Shown here: positions 9,258-19,243 of the stretch, piece by piece
Position numbering within the stretch: the first letter of the stretch is position 1
How the letters are laid out: each line of letters begins with the position of its first letter
DNA from: Anaerolineales bacterium
GTDB taxonomy: Bacteria > Chloroflexota > Anaerolineae > Anaerolineales > Villigracilaceae
Assembly: GCA_043788255.1 (NCBI GenBank)
Contig: JAYVUA010000080.1
Location: 7,488-71,487, forward strand
Direction of reading: 5' to 3'
Length of the DNA stretch: 64,000 nt
The notes under the pieces: generated by a model
Seen by the model: only the letters and a program-made list of their open reading frames with translations
Database searches by the model: none
What the model was told of the DNA's origin: nothing
Position numbers and translations under genes: made by a program

Positions 9258-9273
9258 TGCGCCAAATGGCTTA
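9258..9273. promoter_or_regulatory. 7-2-7 operator copy (TGCGCCAAATGGCTTA)
   Basis: Matches consensus TARGCARAATNGCYTA; 80 bp upstream of start 9178. Confidence 0.6.
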
Positions 9274-9343
9274 TGATGAACGTCATAGCGAGCGCTTTCT
9301 AGAAGATTACAGTGCTCACCTATATTTGAAATATGAAGAATAT

Positions 9344-9643
9344 TTACTTTGCCACAACTTCTGCGCGGTATTCATGACGGCCATCGTTTCCCGATCCGAC
9401 TACAGCATTTACAAGCGCTTCAGCAGAGACCTTTCTGCCATTATAGAAAACTTCAGCCATCCCCATATTCAGGGATATTTCCGCGTGAAAAACTCCCTCC
9501 AGCAAAAGCAAGCCATTCCGCACGCGCGTGGCACAGTTCTGGCAGCCCATTCCCGAAACAGCTAAAAGGGCGCTGTCGGCATTACGGATCACACTGTCCA
9601 GCGCAGTTTTATTGATGGGTTCAACGTAGCATTTTTCGTCCAT
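9344..9643 (-). CDS. Heavy-metal-associated (HMA) domain copper chaperone, CopZ-like
   Basis: VSGMGCQNC motif in HMA fold. Confidence 0.88.
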   Translation of the reverse strand: MDEKCYVEPINKTALDSVIRNADSALLAVSGMGCQNCATRVRNGLLLLEGVFHAEISLNMGMAEVFYNGRKVSAEALVNAVVGSGNDGRHEYRAEVVAK

Positions 9644-9664
9644 GATATCAACTCCTTATCAGTT

Positions 9665-9868
9665 TCAGTTTTGCTGGCAAATTAATAAATGTTTTGTTTT
9701 CTTTACCTTCTCCCCAAACTCCGGCTTTGCAAAGGATTTTGGTGCGCGCTCAAATTGCGCCTGACATTGGGGACAACAAAGAAAGTAGTTGATGCCCTCG
9801 TGTTCTATGGTGATGTGTGCCTTTCCACGATTGATGCGTTTGCCGCATACTGGATCTTTGAATGACAT
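9665..9868 (-). CDS. YHS-domain protein
   Basis: DPVCG...YFLCCPQCQAQF; RBS aggag before ATG 9868. Confidence 0.85.
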   Translation of the reverse strand: MSFKDPVCGKRINRGKAHITIEHEGINYFLCCPQCQAQFERAPKSFAKPEFGEKVKKTKHLLICQQN

Positions 9869-9950
9869 ATCGGAACTCCTTGTTTTTGATTGACGTGCAG
9901 AGCGCATCTGAACATCTTCTTGATTTTAGATTAACGTTCAGGATTTCTTA

Positions 9951-9966
9951 AGCGCAGAATTGCCCG
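9951..9966. promoter_or_regulatory. 7-2-7 operator copy (AGCGCAGAATTGCCCG)
   Basis: Core GCAGAATTGCC; 83 bp upstream of start 9868. Confidence 0.55.
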
Positions 9967-10064
9967 ACTCGTACATAAGCATTTTTGCTTATGCCATTCT
10001 TGATAAAAATACTCCTGACCGCATTGACGGTCAGGAGAGAGAATCAGCATTTTATTGCCCTACA

Positions 10065-11654
10065 TTAATTTTCGATTTTGTAATTTCTCATCATACCTGC
10101 ATCTTCATGTTCGAGATTGTGACAGTGATAAAGAAATGTCCCGGCATAATTCTCAAAGCGGACAAGTACCTGAACCTTTTCTCCAGGCATGACCAGCACG
10201 GTATCCTTCCAGCCATCATCCACAAAACCAGCACTTAATTCCTGATACATCGACTCGTTACCCAGTGCAAGCTCGCGTCCGAGCACCTGAAATTGCACAC
10301 CGTGAATATGCATCGGATGCGGCATTTGCATATTCATCATACCCATTCCCATGCCGCCTCCGCCACCTTCGAGATTGGCAAATTCCCAAATCTCCAAATC
10401 GCCAAGCTGCACGATCTCATCACAGGCAACCGAATCCATTTCGAACACGCGACCGTTGATGGTATGAGTCATGCCCTGCATCGCCAGTGTAAACGAGCGT
10501 GGGTTATTTCGATTAACTGCATCTTCCGCACGATGACGCGCAATGATTGAAAGCTGAGCAGGGAGCGGGAGAACATCCGCGCCTTTCTCTCCGACTTTCA
10601 AACTCAGGATGTCGAATGGCGCGCCATTGGGCAGGCTGGAACCTCCGCCCATCATTCCTCCACCATTATCAAACCCTGAAAACGGTAAACTGACCAATCG
10701 CATTTCACTACCTGTTCGCTCACTAAAATCCACCCAGAGTTCCACCCGTTCACTAGGCGCGAGCGTAATATAGTCACGGGTTCCTGGCGCTTCCAGCAAA
10801 CCGCCGTCGGTGGCGATCACGGTTAGAGGTGTGCCATCCTGCCATGCGAGTTTATAGATGCGTGAGTTCGAGCCATTTAACAATCGCAAGCGGTACGCGC
10901 TGGCTTTAACATCCAGCGCCGCGTTTGGCGCACCGTTGACCAGAATCGTATCGCCCAGAAAACCAATCATCGAATCCAACATGCCGTTCGCCAGATAAAC
11001 CATCTCGTTTTGCGAGTCGAACGTACGGTCCTGTATTACCAGCGGCAGGTCATACTCACCAGACGGCAATCCCAGCGCGGCTTCCTCGTCGTCGCTGACG
11101 ATGAACAAACCCGCCAATCCGTAATACACCTGCGGGGCAGTCAACTGATGCGGATGCGGATGAAACCAATACATGCCTGCGCGGTTAATCACCCGAAAAT
11201 CATATTCAAAACTTTCGCCGGGCGCAATCGCATAACGCGGATGCCCGTCCATCTCTTCTGGAATTAACAGTCCGTGCCAGTGGATGATGGTGGGATCGGG
11301 AAGTTCGTTCTTAAGCCGAACCTGGACTCGTTGACCTTTCTTTACCCGAAAAATGGGGCCAAGATAGGAGTCGCTCAACGTCTGGATTGATTCTGCGCTT
11401 CCCTCCCGCACTGCTGACTGATACCACCAAACGGGCGTTTCTGCCCCTGAGAAAATAGGCAGCGTGGTTCGTCCAGCAGTCAAGTCAACGGCAAGGGAAA
11501 CAGGTATAGACGCGAGTGGCGTCAGGATAACGGGAGCAGTTGTCGGGTTCGCGAAGCGTGAAGCGGGCGGAATGAGTCCACAGGCACTGAGAGTCAATGT
11601 CCCTGCGCCCATTCCCATCAGTTTGATAAAGTCCCTGCGAGTGAGTCTGTTAAT
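10065..11654 (-). CDS. Three-domain multicopper oxidase (CueO-like), Tat-exported; probable ATT start
   Basis: HWHG, WFHPH, HPMHIHG, HCHNLEHEDAGMM motifs; the twin-Arg signal LTRRDFIKL lies upstream of the first ATG (11618), in frame from ATT at 11654, 9 nt after AAAGGAG. Confidence 0.9.
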   Translation of the reverse strand: MNRLTRRDFIKLMGMGAGTLTLSACGLIPPASRFANPTTAPVILTPLASIPVSLAVDLTAGRTTLPIFSGAETPVWWYQSAVREGSAESIQTLSDSYLGPIFRVKKGQRVQVRLKNELPDPTIIHWHGLLIPEEMDGHPRYAIAPGESFEYDFRVINRAGMYWFHPHPHQLTAPQVYYGLAGLFIVSDDEEAALGLPSGEYDLPLVIQDRTFDSQNEMVYLANGMLDSMIGFLGDTILVNGAPNAALDVKASAYRLRLLNGSNSRIYKLAWQDGTPLTVIATDGGLLEAPGTRDYITLAPSERVELWVDFSERTGSEMRLVSLPFSGFDNGGGMMGGGSSLPNGAPFDILSLKVGEKGADVLPLPAQLSIIARHRAEDAVNRNNPRSFTLAMQGMTHTINGRVFEMDSVACDEIVQLGDLEIWEFANLEGGGGGMGMGMMNMQMPHPMHIHGVQFQVLGRELALGNESMYQELSAGFVDDGWKDTVLVMPGEKVQVLVRFENYAGTFLYHCHNLEHEDAGMMRNYKIEN

Positions 11655-11687
11655 GGTGAAGTTCTCCTTTTATTTTGCAATGCTTCC

Positions 11688-11731
11688 AGTATAGACTCCC
11701 CGTGTAAAGGAATAATGAAGATAAGACAAAG
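11688..11731 (-). promoter_or_regulatory. Promoter with 11-bp-period direct repeats (OmpR/PhoB-type box) and -10 TATACT
   Basis: Plus-strand GTAAAG 11704, ATGAAG 11715, ACAAAG 11726; -10 (minus TATACT 11693-11688) 10 nt away. Confidence 0.6.
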
Positions 11732-11749
11732 ATTGCTTGAATGTCACCA

Positions 11750-11971
11750 CTACTCCCCATCTAGAGGATGTTCCACATCGCCTGCCAGAAATGGATCAGG
11801 GTCCTGTTCGAAAACACGCAGGCAGGCGCGAGTGCAAAAATAAAGGCGCTCGCCATGATAGATGGCGCTGGGATAGTTTTCGGGGTCTTTGATGACGCCT
11901 CCACAAACCGTTTTATATTCAGGCGATTGAGGTGTTGCAGTGACAGGTTGAGGCAAAATGTATTTCTCCAA
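11750..11971 (-). CDS. YHS-domain protein
   Basis: VCGG...YHGERLYFCTRACLRVFEQDP. Confidence 0.75.
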   Translation of the reverse strand: MEKYILPQPVTATPQSPEYKTVCGGVIKDPENYPSAIYHGERLYFCTRACLRVFEQDPDPFLAGDVEHPLDGE

Positions 11972-11993
11972 ATTGGGTTCAATAGATAATACG

Positions 11994-12020
11994 AAGGCGC
12001 AGGATAAAATCCTGCGCCTT
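11994..12020. terminator. Intrinsic terminator-like hairpin
   Basis: aaggcgcaggat-aaa-atcctgcgcctt. Confidence 0.75.
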
Positions 12021-12045
12021 ATAATTTCAAAGAAGCAGTAAGAGT

Positions 12046-13425
12046 CTACATTCTCATTGCCATCGGAAGCGTGAACAGAATCACATTCATAATAGTGAGG
12101 ACGACCATCAAGACTGCATAAGGGACAAAGGTTCCCCAGACCTTACCGTCGGCGCTGTTGTTTTTCGCGATGCGATAGGCAACATAAAGCGACCCGATGA
12201 AACCAAGCGCCAGCAGCCCAAATTGCAGGAATTGAATGGTAGCCATATCGAGAATGGCGAGGGAAGCTCCGTGAAATTCCATGCCGAATAATCCCATTGC
12301 CGTATAGTAAATGGATTTGCCTTCCGCCAAAAGATGGAACAGGTTGTGAGCAATATGACCTGCCATGTCCAACGCGATGATGGCATACCCGAAGCGGGCG
12401 AAATTTTCCACGAGAGAGACTTTGTTGAACTTACCTGCAACCCAGGAAGTAAAGCCAAGTAAAGCCACTGGCAAAATAATGGCGGTTGCAAAAGTAATAC
12501 TGAACGTGACTGCGTAATTGGTTGTGCCTGTAACCTGCTCCAGCCAATTTAGCACCTTGCCCCACACTTCGAGCATGGTCACATTCTGTACGAACACAAT
12601 ACCCATGATGACCGCTGAAAGGAAAGCTTCTTCAACTTTGGGCTTGCGGATGAACCATAATTCCTTTGTGGGCGGGCGCATCGTCAATTGAATGGAGTTA
12701 TTGGGGCAGCCTTTGATACATTCCGCGCAGAGCACGCAGTTGGCGCTGGAAGTCATGGTCTTGGGAAATTCGTACAAGGGACAGGGCATGGAATTATCTG
12801 TGCCTTTATAACATGCGGCCACTGTGCAGGTTGCACAGATATCAGGAGTTCCACGGAGGCTCAACATACCGTTTCGCGCGTAGTTACCGGATAATCCGCC
12901 GAGGAAACAAACGTAGCGGCAGAAGGTACGGCGTTCATAAAAAGCGCCAGAAACGATCACGCCCGTGGTTAATGTCAACATCAAGATACCAGAACCGAGC
13001 GGATTTTCCACCACGCCCCAGACATGGTCACTCCAGGTGATGAAGATGAAGAGTGCATCAATGATCCAGATGCCGTATTTTTTCAGGAACTTCGGCACAG
13101 GACGTTTGTTACCGACAAAGTTTTGAACAAGATCATTGATCTTGGCAAATGGACAAATGGCACACCAGAAACGTCCCAAAAACAGGAAGATGATCGGGAT
13201 CAACGGCCACCACAACACCCAGGTCAGGGCGGTACCGAAGTTGTCATGCGCGGCTTCGGGTCCAAGAATCAGCTCGAACATGATCAGCATAAAAATGATC
13301 AGAGTGGGCCATTGAATAATGCCGGGATACCAGCGGCTGCGCAGGAAATTATTAATCAACTTGTTGTCGAGCAGATTTCTGCCATTCAGCCAGGATGGGT
13401 TTGGAGTGTTGATCGGTGTTGTCAT
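12046..13425 (-). CDS. Second membrane polyferredoxin (4Fe-4S binding)
   Basis: GRFWCAICPF, RTFCRYVCFLGG, CATC, NCVLCAECIKGCPNN; paralog of 6942-8273. Confidence 0.88.
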   Translation of the reverse strand: MTTPINTPNPSWLNGRNLLDNKLINNFLRSRWYPGIIQWPTLIIFMLIMFELILGPEAAHDNFGTALTWVLWWPLIPIIFLFLGRFWCAICPFAKINDLVQNFVGNKRPVPKFLKKYGIWIIDALFIFITWSDHVWGVVENPLGSGILMLTLTTGVIVSGAFYERRTFCRYVCFLGGLSGNYARNGMLSLRGTPDICATCTVAACYKGTDNSMPCPLYEFPKTMTSSANCVLCAECIKGCPNNSIQLTMRPPTKELWFIRKPKVEEAFLSAVIMGIVFVQNVTMLEVWGKVLNWLEQVTGTTNYAVTFSITFATAIILPVALLGFTSWVAGKFNKVSLVENFARFGYAIIALDMAGHIAHNLFHLLAEGKSIYYTAMGLFGMEFHGASLAILDMATIQFLQFGLLALGFIGSLYVAYRIAKNNSADGKVWGTFVPYAVLMVVLTIMNVILFTLPMAMRM

Positions 13426-13450
13426 GGGAATATTCCTCTAAAGAATAAAA

Positions 13451-14125
13451 TTACTTGCGAATAACAAGAGACTTGCGTTTGAGAAAAGCCGCTGCCGCAA
13501 TCACAGTGCCATTAATGCCAAAGAAGCCAGCTAGTACCGCGTAATTCAAGCCAAGCGCGCGGGCAATCTCAATCGGGAAGTCAACTTCTGTAGTTTCGCC
13601 ATCGATCGTGAAATGCACATTGAACATCCACTCGCCGGATGCATCAAAGTGCATTTCACCAGCATATTCGCCAGATTCCATTGTGGGTTCAAGCATGATC
13701 GTCAGAGCTTCTTCAGTATGTTCATCTGCCGCAGGTTCGTTGGGTTTCATCACACCTGTGGATGGGACTTCCGTCGCCATGTCCATTCCACTTGAATTAC
13801 TGGTCATCACACCGACGGATGGAGCCTCAGTTGCCATTTCCATTTCGCTGTTTTCATCATGGGCAGACATTCCCTCAACTGGCATGGCAGAGACTTCCAC
13901 TTCCGCGTTTGAAACGGGCATGCCCATCGAATCCACGATCTGGATGTGGAATTCGTTTTCACCAACCATCGCAGGTTCCTTAAAGACAAGTTCAACCTGG
14001 TACCCGTTTGCTGTTGCAACATATCCATTTTCAGCACCACCATCAGCCAAGGCCATTGTGGGCGTTACCAACAAAATAGCGGTGACCAATAACACCGCCA
14101 TATTTCTGCGCATCATTCTGTTCAT
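13451..14125 (-). CDS. FixH/YtkA-like exported protein with Met/acidic insert
   Basis: Signal peptide; VGENEFHIQI...PVSNAEV...GEYAGEMHFDASGEWMFNV pattern; C-terminal TM. Confidence 0.7.
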   Translation of the reverse strand: MNRMMRRNMAVLLVTAILLVTPTMALADGGAENGYVATANGYQVELVFKEPAMVGENEFHIQIVDSMGMPVSNAEVEVSAMPVEGMSAHDENSEMEMATEAPSVGVMTSNSSGMDMATEVPSTGVMKPNEPAADEHTEEALTIMLEPTMESGEYAGEMHFDASGEWMFNVHFTIDGETTEVDFPIEIARALGLNYAVLAGFFGINGTVIAAAAFLKRKSLVIRK

Positions 14126-14220
14126 GAGCAATTTGCCTCCTGTAATCAAAGTTAATCGAAGTTGACAAATCTTATCGTGTCAATGCAAATCTCCAGAGCG
14201 CGATATGGCGTGATTTATCG

Positions 14221-14236
14221 TAGGCTAAATGACTTG
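14221..14236. promoter_or_regulatory. Weak 7-2-7 operator copy (TAGGCTAAATGACTTG)
   Basis: Partial match to the island consensus upstream of 14125. Confidence 0.4.
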
Positions 14237-14294
14237 TGACAAACATCAGGCATCGATTATGACAATCGTTTTCCCTGCCAAATAAATTAAAAAA

Positions 14295-14327
14295 GTGGTT
14301 GCTCAGGACATTACCTTGAGCAACCAC
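14295..14327. terminator. Intrinsic terminator of the copA operon
   Basis: gtggttgctca / tgagcaaccac stem followed by a T-run on the minus strand. Confidence 0.75.
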
Positions 14328-14351
14328 CTACCTGCCTTCAAACATTCTTTG

Positions 14352-14558
14352 TTAATGGTCGTGCTTTTCTGAATGTCCGAATATACTCCATGCTCCGATC
14401 AAAAGCACAGATACTGCCACGCCGATCAACCCAGCTAGGAAAACCAGTATTGAAGTGAAGTCGAGCCAGTATTTCCCGAAGGACCAGAACAATACGACGC
14501 CGATAATGAAAGCGCAGAGATAGGATATAGTGGAAAAATTGGTTCTGCCGTTTTTCAT
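14352..14558 (-). CDS. Small two-TM membrane protein
   Basis: 68 aa, two hydrophobic helices, His-containing C-terminus, operonic. Confidence 0.6.
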   Translation of the reverse strand: MKNGRTNFSTISYLCAFIIGVVLFWSFGKYWLDFTSILVFLAGLIGVAVSVLLIGAWSIFGHSEKHDH

Positions 14559-14574
14559 TTTCTTTCTTTTCTTT

Positions 14575-14952
14575 TTACTCGACGATCAACTTGCCGCGCA
14601 GCATCCCCATCTGGCATTGAAAGCCGAACTCACCAGAGTTTTCAGGTGTGAACTCAATGGTTGTCGGCTCGCCTTCTGGCAGGGGTGAACTTTTGTTGAA
14701 ATCAGGAAATAGCACCTGTTCCGAACACGCCGAACTTTCCTGTCGCGTAAAGGTCAAACGCACGGGGCGACCTTTTTGAACAACGATAATATCGGGTGTG
14801 TAGCCTCCCTTCACAGTGATCGCCACTTCCTGCGTACCCGATGCGGACACGGCAGCGCGTGTCTGCGCTTTGGGTGCGAACCAAAAGTACCAGGCAATAA
14901 GAATTGTTAGAACGATTCCCGAAAGAATTGCAAAGATTTGAATTGTGGTCAT
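14575..14952 (-). CDS. Membrane-anchored cupredoxin (CupA-like copper chaperone)
   Basis: GGYTPDII...SACSE...FQCQMGMLRG; N-terminal TM; RBS aaaggag. Confidence 0.85.
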   Translation of the reverse strand: MTTIQIFAILSGIVLTILIAWYFWFAPKAQTRAAVSASGTQEVAITVKGGYTPDIIVVQKGRPVRLTFTRQESSACSEQVLFPDFNKSSPLPEGEPTTIEFTPENSGEFGFQCQMGMLRGKLIVE

Positions 14953-14953
14953 G

Positions 14954-15586
14954 TTATTCTCCTTTGACAGCCCGCCACAAAGATAGCGGACCAAATATGG
15001 TGACGAAGTTCTGCGCTTCTTTGACTCCGCCGAAACCTGCTTCTGTTACGAAGAGCGGAATCTGCCCGTCGAAATTATCGGCGGTCTCTTCGAGTCGGCG
15101 TATGTACTTTGTCATGAAGCGGGTGAGAGGTGAATGCGGCGCACCGAAATCCAGGACGTGCAGTTCGCCATGTGGTTTGAGCACACGATAAATCTCCTTG
15201 AATGCGAGACGCTTATCGTTAGTGGTGAGATGGTGAATGACAAGGCTGGTGACCACCCTTTCGAAAACAGAATCAGGATACGGGAGGGAGGAGGCGAGTC
15301 CTTCATCCCATTGAATATCAGTACCGCGAGATTTATCTCGCGCTATATCCAATACCTGTGGGTCGCCATCCATGCCTGTAACTTCGGCTGTTGGATGCGC
15401 GCGCTTGAGCATGAGGGTCAACGTGCCTGTGCCGCAACCGAGATCGAGGACTTTCATCTGTGGTTGGATATTTGCCTGCTGGACTAATTTGCGCTTGAAG
15501 GTTTCCTCGCGCATGACCCATTTGAGAAGTGGGTCGTACAGCGGCGTGAGCCATTTGAAACTGAGGGCGGGAATATAGCGAGTCAT
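14954..15586 (-). CDS. Class I SAM-dependent methyltransferase
   Basis: VLDLGCGTG motif I; LPYPDSVFERV; LKPHGELHVLDF. Confidence 0.9.
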   Translation of the reverse strand: MTRYIPALSFKWLTPLYDPLLKWVMREETFKRKLVQQANIQPQMKVLDLGCGTGTLTLMLKRAHPTAEVTGMDGDPQVLDIARDKSRGTDIQWDEGLASSLPYPDSVFERVVTSLVIHHLTTNDKRLAFKEIYRVLKPHGELHVLDFGAPHSPLTRFMTKYIRRLEETADNFDGQIPLFVTEAGFGGVKEAQNFVTIFGPLSLWRAVKGE

Positions 15587-15587
15587 A

Positions 15588-15899
15588 TCACATCTGCTTA
15601 AATTGTTTGAGTTGTTCTCTCAACGTGGCAACAGTCGGAATGCCCTTGATGCCATCTGACGATGGAAAGACGCGGCAACTCAGCGCATACGTTTCTCGTT
15701 CCTCTGGCCAAAGTTCATGACCGTCAACGCGAAAGGACGGCGAACCAAGAAACTTCAATTGATTGGCTTCTTCGTTATCTTTCACTTCAATCACATCAAT
15801 AGGAGCGGTGAGGCCTTCTTCTTCCAGTGCAGATCGAAGATTCTTCAATCCATTTTTCCACGACGGACAACCATCAAAGTAAAGCAATTCGATTTTCAT
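15588..15899 (-). CDS. Thioredoxin-fold protein (DUF2703-like)
   Basis: IELLYFDGCPSW...FLGSPSFRVDG...LSCR. Confidence 0.75.
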   Translation of the reverse strand: MKIELLYFDGCPSWKNGLKNLRSALEEEGLTAPIDVIEVKDNEEANQLKFLGSPSFRVDGHELWPEERETYALSCRVFPSSDGIKGIPTVATLREQLKQFKQM

Positions 15900-15904
15900 A
15901 TTAA

Positions 15905-18541
15905 TTACCTGACACTGAATTTTGGTTTGAACCCACGCAAGCGATTCGCATTGCCCACAACCGTCACAGACGAGAACGCCATCGCCGCGCCCGCGATCAT
16001 TGGACTAAGCAATACGCCGAAGAATGGAAAGAGCAATCCCATTGCAACGGGGAGCCCCAGCACGTTATAGAAAAACGCACCAACAAGGTTTTGATAAATA
16101 TTGGACATCGTAGCGCGACTGACTTCAATCGCAGTGACCACGCCTTTAAGGCTGCCTTTGATGAGCGTGATGTCTGAGGCTTCGATGGCAACATCTGTGC
16201 CTGTGCCGATGGCAAGACCGACATCCGCTTGCGCCAGTGCGGGCGCATCGTTGATGCCATCGCCAACCATTGCGACTTTTTTGCCTTCGGCTTGAAGCAG
16301 GTGAATATTATTTGCTTTATCTTCGGGCAGCACTTCAGCCAACACGCGCGTCACACCAACTTTACGCGCAATCGCTTCAGCGGTGCGGCGGTTATCACCC
16401 GTGATCATCACCACCTCAATGCCCAAGGCTTGCAGGGCTTTGATGGCTTCGGCGGAATCTTCCTTGACTGTATCCGCCACCGCGATGATGCCTGCGGCCT
16501 TGCCATCGAGTGCAATGAACATCGGAGTCTTCCCATCGTCGGCAAGTGATTTTGATTTTTCTTCGAGCGAACCAAGCATGATATTTTCGCGGTTCATCAA
16601 TTTGAGATTCCCGATCAATATTTTTTTATCTTCTACTTTTGCTGAAACGCCATGGCCTGGAATGGCTTCAAAGTCTTTGACTTCCATCAATTCCAATTTA
16701 CGAGCCTGCGCACCATCGACAATCGCCTGCGCCAACGGATGTTCACTGACTTTTTCAATGGACGAAGCTACTTTCAACAACTCATCATCTTTCAAGATCG
16801 GCTGGTCGCTGATGATGATGTCAGTCAATTCAGGTTTACCTTTTGTGATCGTACCTGTCTTATCCAACACTACGATCTGAATGGCACGCGCGGTTTGTAA
16901 TGCTTCACCCGAGCGAATGAGAATTCCATGTTCCGCGCCCTTGCCGATGCCGACCATCAGACTCATGGGTGTGGCAAGCCCTAATGCACACGGACAGGCG
17001 ATAATGAGCACGGTCACGCTTGTGACGAGTGCATAAACGAGTTGCGGTTGCGGTCCAATCACGAACCAGATGACGAAGGTCCACACGGCCAGGATCATTA
17101 CAATAGGAACAAAATAACCTGAAACCGTGTCAGCCAGTCTTGCGATTGGCGCTTTCGAATTCTGTGCATCCTGCACCATCTTTACGATTTGTGCCAGTGC
17201 GGTATCTTTTCCAACTTTTGTAGCACGAAACTTGAATGCGCCAGTTTTATTGATCGTCGCGCCAATGACTTCATCGCCCATCTTTTTGGACGCTGGCAGT
17301 GACTCACCTGTCAGCATGGACTCATCCACAGCAGAGCTGCCTTCGACTATCACTCCATCCACAGGAACTTTCTCGCCAGGGCGGACCTGAATCACATCGC
17401 CGACTAAAACTTCCTCAACAGGCAAGTCCATCTCTTTACCATCGCGAATTACGCGTGCGGTCTTCGCCTGTAGACCCAATAATTTTTTGATTGCTGAACT
17501 GGATTGTCCCTTGGCACGTAATTCAAGCGCTTGTCCCAACACAACCAATGCAATCACGACTGCAACAACATCATAAAAAGGTTCTGATGTTCCTTCGGGA
17601 AAAACGGATGGCAACAGAATCGCAAAGGTTGAATATAACCATGCCGCCCCCGTGCCGAGCGTGATTAATGTATTCATGTTTGCCGAGCGATGTTTGAATG
17701 CTGCCCATGCGCCAGTGAAAAAATCACTGCCTGACCAGAACATGACGGGCAATGTCAGAAGCGCGGTCGCGCCCCATAATAATCTCAACGAGTCCATGTT
17801 CCAATCACGCAGGATTGGCATAACCTGATAATAAGCAGTTATCATCACAAACACAGAGACCGCAGCTGCAAACCAAAACTTGTTCATCAGCTTTCGATAT
17901 TCACGCGCGTGCGCTTCTTCCTGCTTATCCACGGGCGCATCGCTTGTTGAAGCGCGCGGTTTATAGCCCCAGGTTTCAATCGCTGCATTCAACTGCGAGA
18001 GAGTTGTGTTTTGTGGAAGATAGTCCACCGTCGCTTCCTGAGTAGCGATGTTGACGTTCGCATTCAAAACGCCCGCTGTGGATTTCAACTCATCTTCAAT
18101 GAATTTTACACATGAGGCGCAGCGCAGATTCTCAATGCCGATGCGTGTCTGTGCACCATCCACGGTATAGCCAGCGGATCGAATGGCGCCTGCCAGCCCG
18201 ACGAGATTGATTTTTTGCGGATCGTAATCGAGTTGCACCAAACCTGCCCCTGCATTCACGACCACCCGATCCACTCCATTCAGGGATAGCAAACCTGCTT
18301 CAAGCTTTGCTGCAGGTCTGACCATAGGCAGGTCTGCAACGGGTAGTTCGATGCGGGAAAGAGTCCGCTCAGGGTTGAAGCCTGTTGTTGCTGATGTCAT
18401 CACATAACGGTGCGGATCCTTGTCGAATTGATCCGCACAGGATTGAGAGCAAAAATAAAACATCTGCCCCATGTGCTCGCGTTTAGCAAAAGCGCTTTGG
18501 GGTTCGATTTCCATTCCACAAACTGGGTCATGTACTTTCAT
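15905..18541 (-). CDS. copA: Cu(I)-translocating P1B-1 ATPase with N-terminal YHS and HMA domains
   Basis: CPC in TM6, [21 protein letters not shown] and MAFSS motifs; DPVCGM YHS; LRCASC HMA. Confidence 0.95.
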   Translation of the reverse strand: MKVHDPVCGMEIEPQSAFAKREHMGQMFYFCSQSCADQFDKDPHRYVMTSATTGFNPERTLSRIELPVADLPMVRPAAKLEAGLLSLNGVDRVVVNAGAGLVQLDYDPQKINLVGLAGAIRSAGYTVDGAQTRIGIENLRCASCVKFIEDELKSTAGVLNANVNIATQEATVDYLPQNTTLSQLNAAIETWGYKPRASTSDAPVDKQEEAHAREYRKLMNKFWFAAAVSVFVMITAYYQVMPILRDWNMDSLRLLWGATALLTLPVMFWSGSDFFTGAWAAFKHRSANMNTLITLGTGAAWLYSTFAILLPSVFPEGTSEPFYDVVAVVIALVVLGQALELRAKGQSSSAIKKLLGLQAKTARVIRDGKEMDLPVEEVLVGDVIQVRPGEKVPVDGVIVEGSSAVDESMLTGESLPASKKMGDEVIGATINKTGAFKFRATKVGKDTALAQIVKMVQDAQNSKAPIARLADTVSGYFVPIVMILAVWTFVIWFVIGPQPQLVYALVTSVTVLIIACPCALGLATPMSLMVGIGKGAEHGILIRSGEALQTARAIQIVVLDKTGTITKGKPELTDIIISDQPILKDDELLKVASSIEKVSEHPLAQAIVDGAQARKLELMEVKDFEAIPGHGVSAKVEDKKILIGNLKLMNRENIMLGSLEEKSKSLADDGKTPMFIALDGKAAGIIAVADTVKEDSAEAIKALQALGIEVVMITGDNRRTAEAIARKVGVTRVLAEVLPEDKANNIHLLQAEGKKVAMVGDGINDAPALAQADVGLAIGTGTDVAIEASDITLIKGSLKGVVTAIEVSRATMSNIYQNLVGAFFYNVLGLPVAMGLLFPFFGVLLSPMIAGAAMAFSSVTVVGNANRLRGFKPKFSVR

Positions 18542-18622
18542 GATTCACCTACTTTATAAGAGATGCTTAAAGTGTATATCCATTTGACGCAGTGTATGAG
18601 CGGCTTTCTGCCTAATTTGATA

Positions 18623-18638
18623 TAAGCAAAATGGCCTA
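18623..18638. promoter_or_regulatory. 7-2-7 operator copy (TAAGCAAAATGGCCTA); weaker copy at 18599-18614
   Basis: 82 bp upstream of the copA start. Confidence 0.7.
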
Positions 18639-18678
18639 TCTTTCGGATAGGCCATTTGAGTAAGCACGATAGGATTTA

Positions 18679-19029
18679 TTATTTCAGTGCCGTGCCGCAA
18701 TAAGGGCAATTCTGCCAGTCGGCTTGTGTGCTCTTTCCACAACTGGAGCAGGGAGTTTGAGAAACGGTCGGTGTGGCGTTTCCTGAACTTTTTACCAGCG
18801 CAGCAACGCCGAATATGATGAGCGCAAGTATGCCGATGGGGATCAGCCACATGAAGGCCATGCCGATCCAACCCAAAGGTGAGTAGTCCCAGCCGCCCAT
18901 CATACCGCCAGATTCCATCATGCCCCAGCCTCGATAACCCCAGCTGCCTGTCATCATACCTCCGCCAAACAGGAAGAGCAGAACAATGATACTAATGACA
19001 CTTACAATGAGCCAGTTTATTTTTTTCAT
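18679..19029 (-). CDS. Membrane protein with Met/Gly-rich segment and C-terminal zinc ribbon
   Basis: GGGMMTG...GGMMGG; CSSCGK...NCPYCG. Confidence 0.8.
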   Translation of the reverse strand: MKKINWLIVSVISIIVLLFLFGGGMMTGSWGYRGWGMMESGGMMGGWDYSPLGWIGMAFMWLIPIGILALIIFGVAALVKSSGNATPTVSQTPCSSCGKSTQADWQNCPYCGTALK

Positions 19030-19042
19030 TTCGTTTTTCCTT

Positions 19043-19219
19043 TTATAAAGCTTGTCCGCAGTGCAGGCAGTTTTTCCAGTCACTTTGCGCCGTTTGATTG
19101 CAATACGGGCACATACGGCTGGAGACGGGTTTCAGAGCGTTGGTGAGATTATTGCCAGAGGAGATGGCGTAAACCACCAATCCGATCAGTAGCAAGGGGA
19201 CGATCCACATGAGAAACAT
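19043..19219 (-). CDS. Small TM + zinc-ribbon protein (58 aa; absent from ORF track)
   Basis: aggag RBS; MFLMWIVPLLLIGLVVYAISSG...CPYCNQTAQSDWKNCLHCGQAL*, similar to the C-terminus of the next gene. Confidence 0.8.
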   Translation of the reverse strand: MFLMWIVPLLLIGLVVYAISSGNNLTNALKPVSSRMCPYCNQTAQSDWKNCLHCGQAL

Positions 19220-19243
19220 GATTAACTCCTTTTTGATGATCTA

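Noticed and set aside
14162-14266. TTGACA-N10-TGTCAA and TGACAA repeats upstream of the YtkA-like gene
   Set aside because: No second occurrence found and irregular spacing; could be chance or promoter elements.
14954-15586. Methyltransferase as ArsM
   Set aside because: It lacks the multiple conserved Cys of arsenite methyltransferases.
18703-18718. Match to the 7-2-7 operator (minus CTGGCAGAATTGCCCT)
   Set aside because: It lies inside a coding region (WQNCP codons) and not at the 76-83 bp position.
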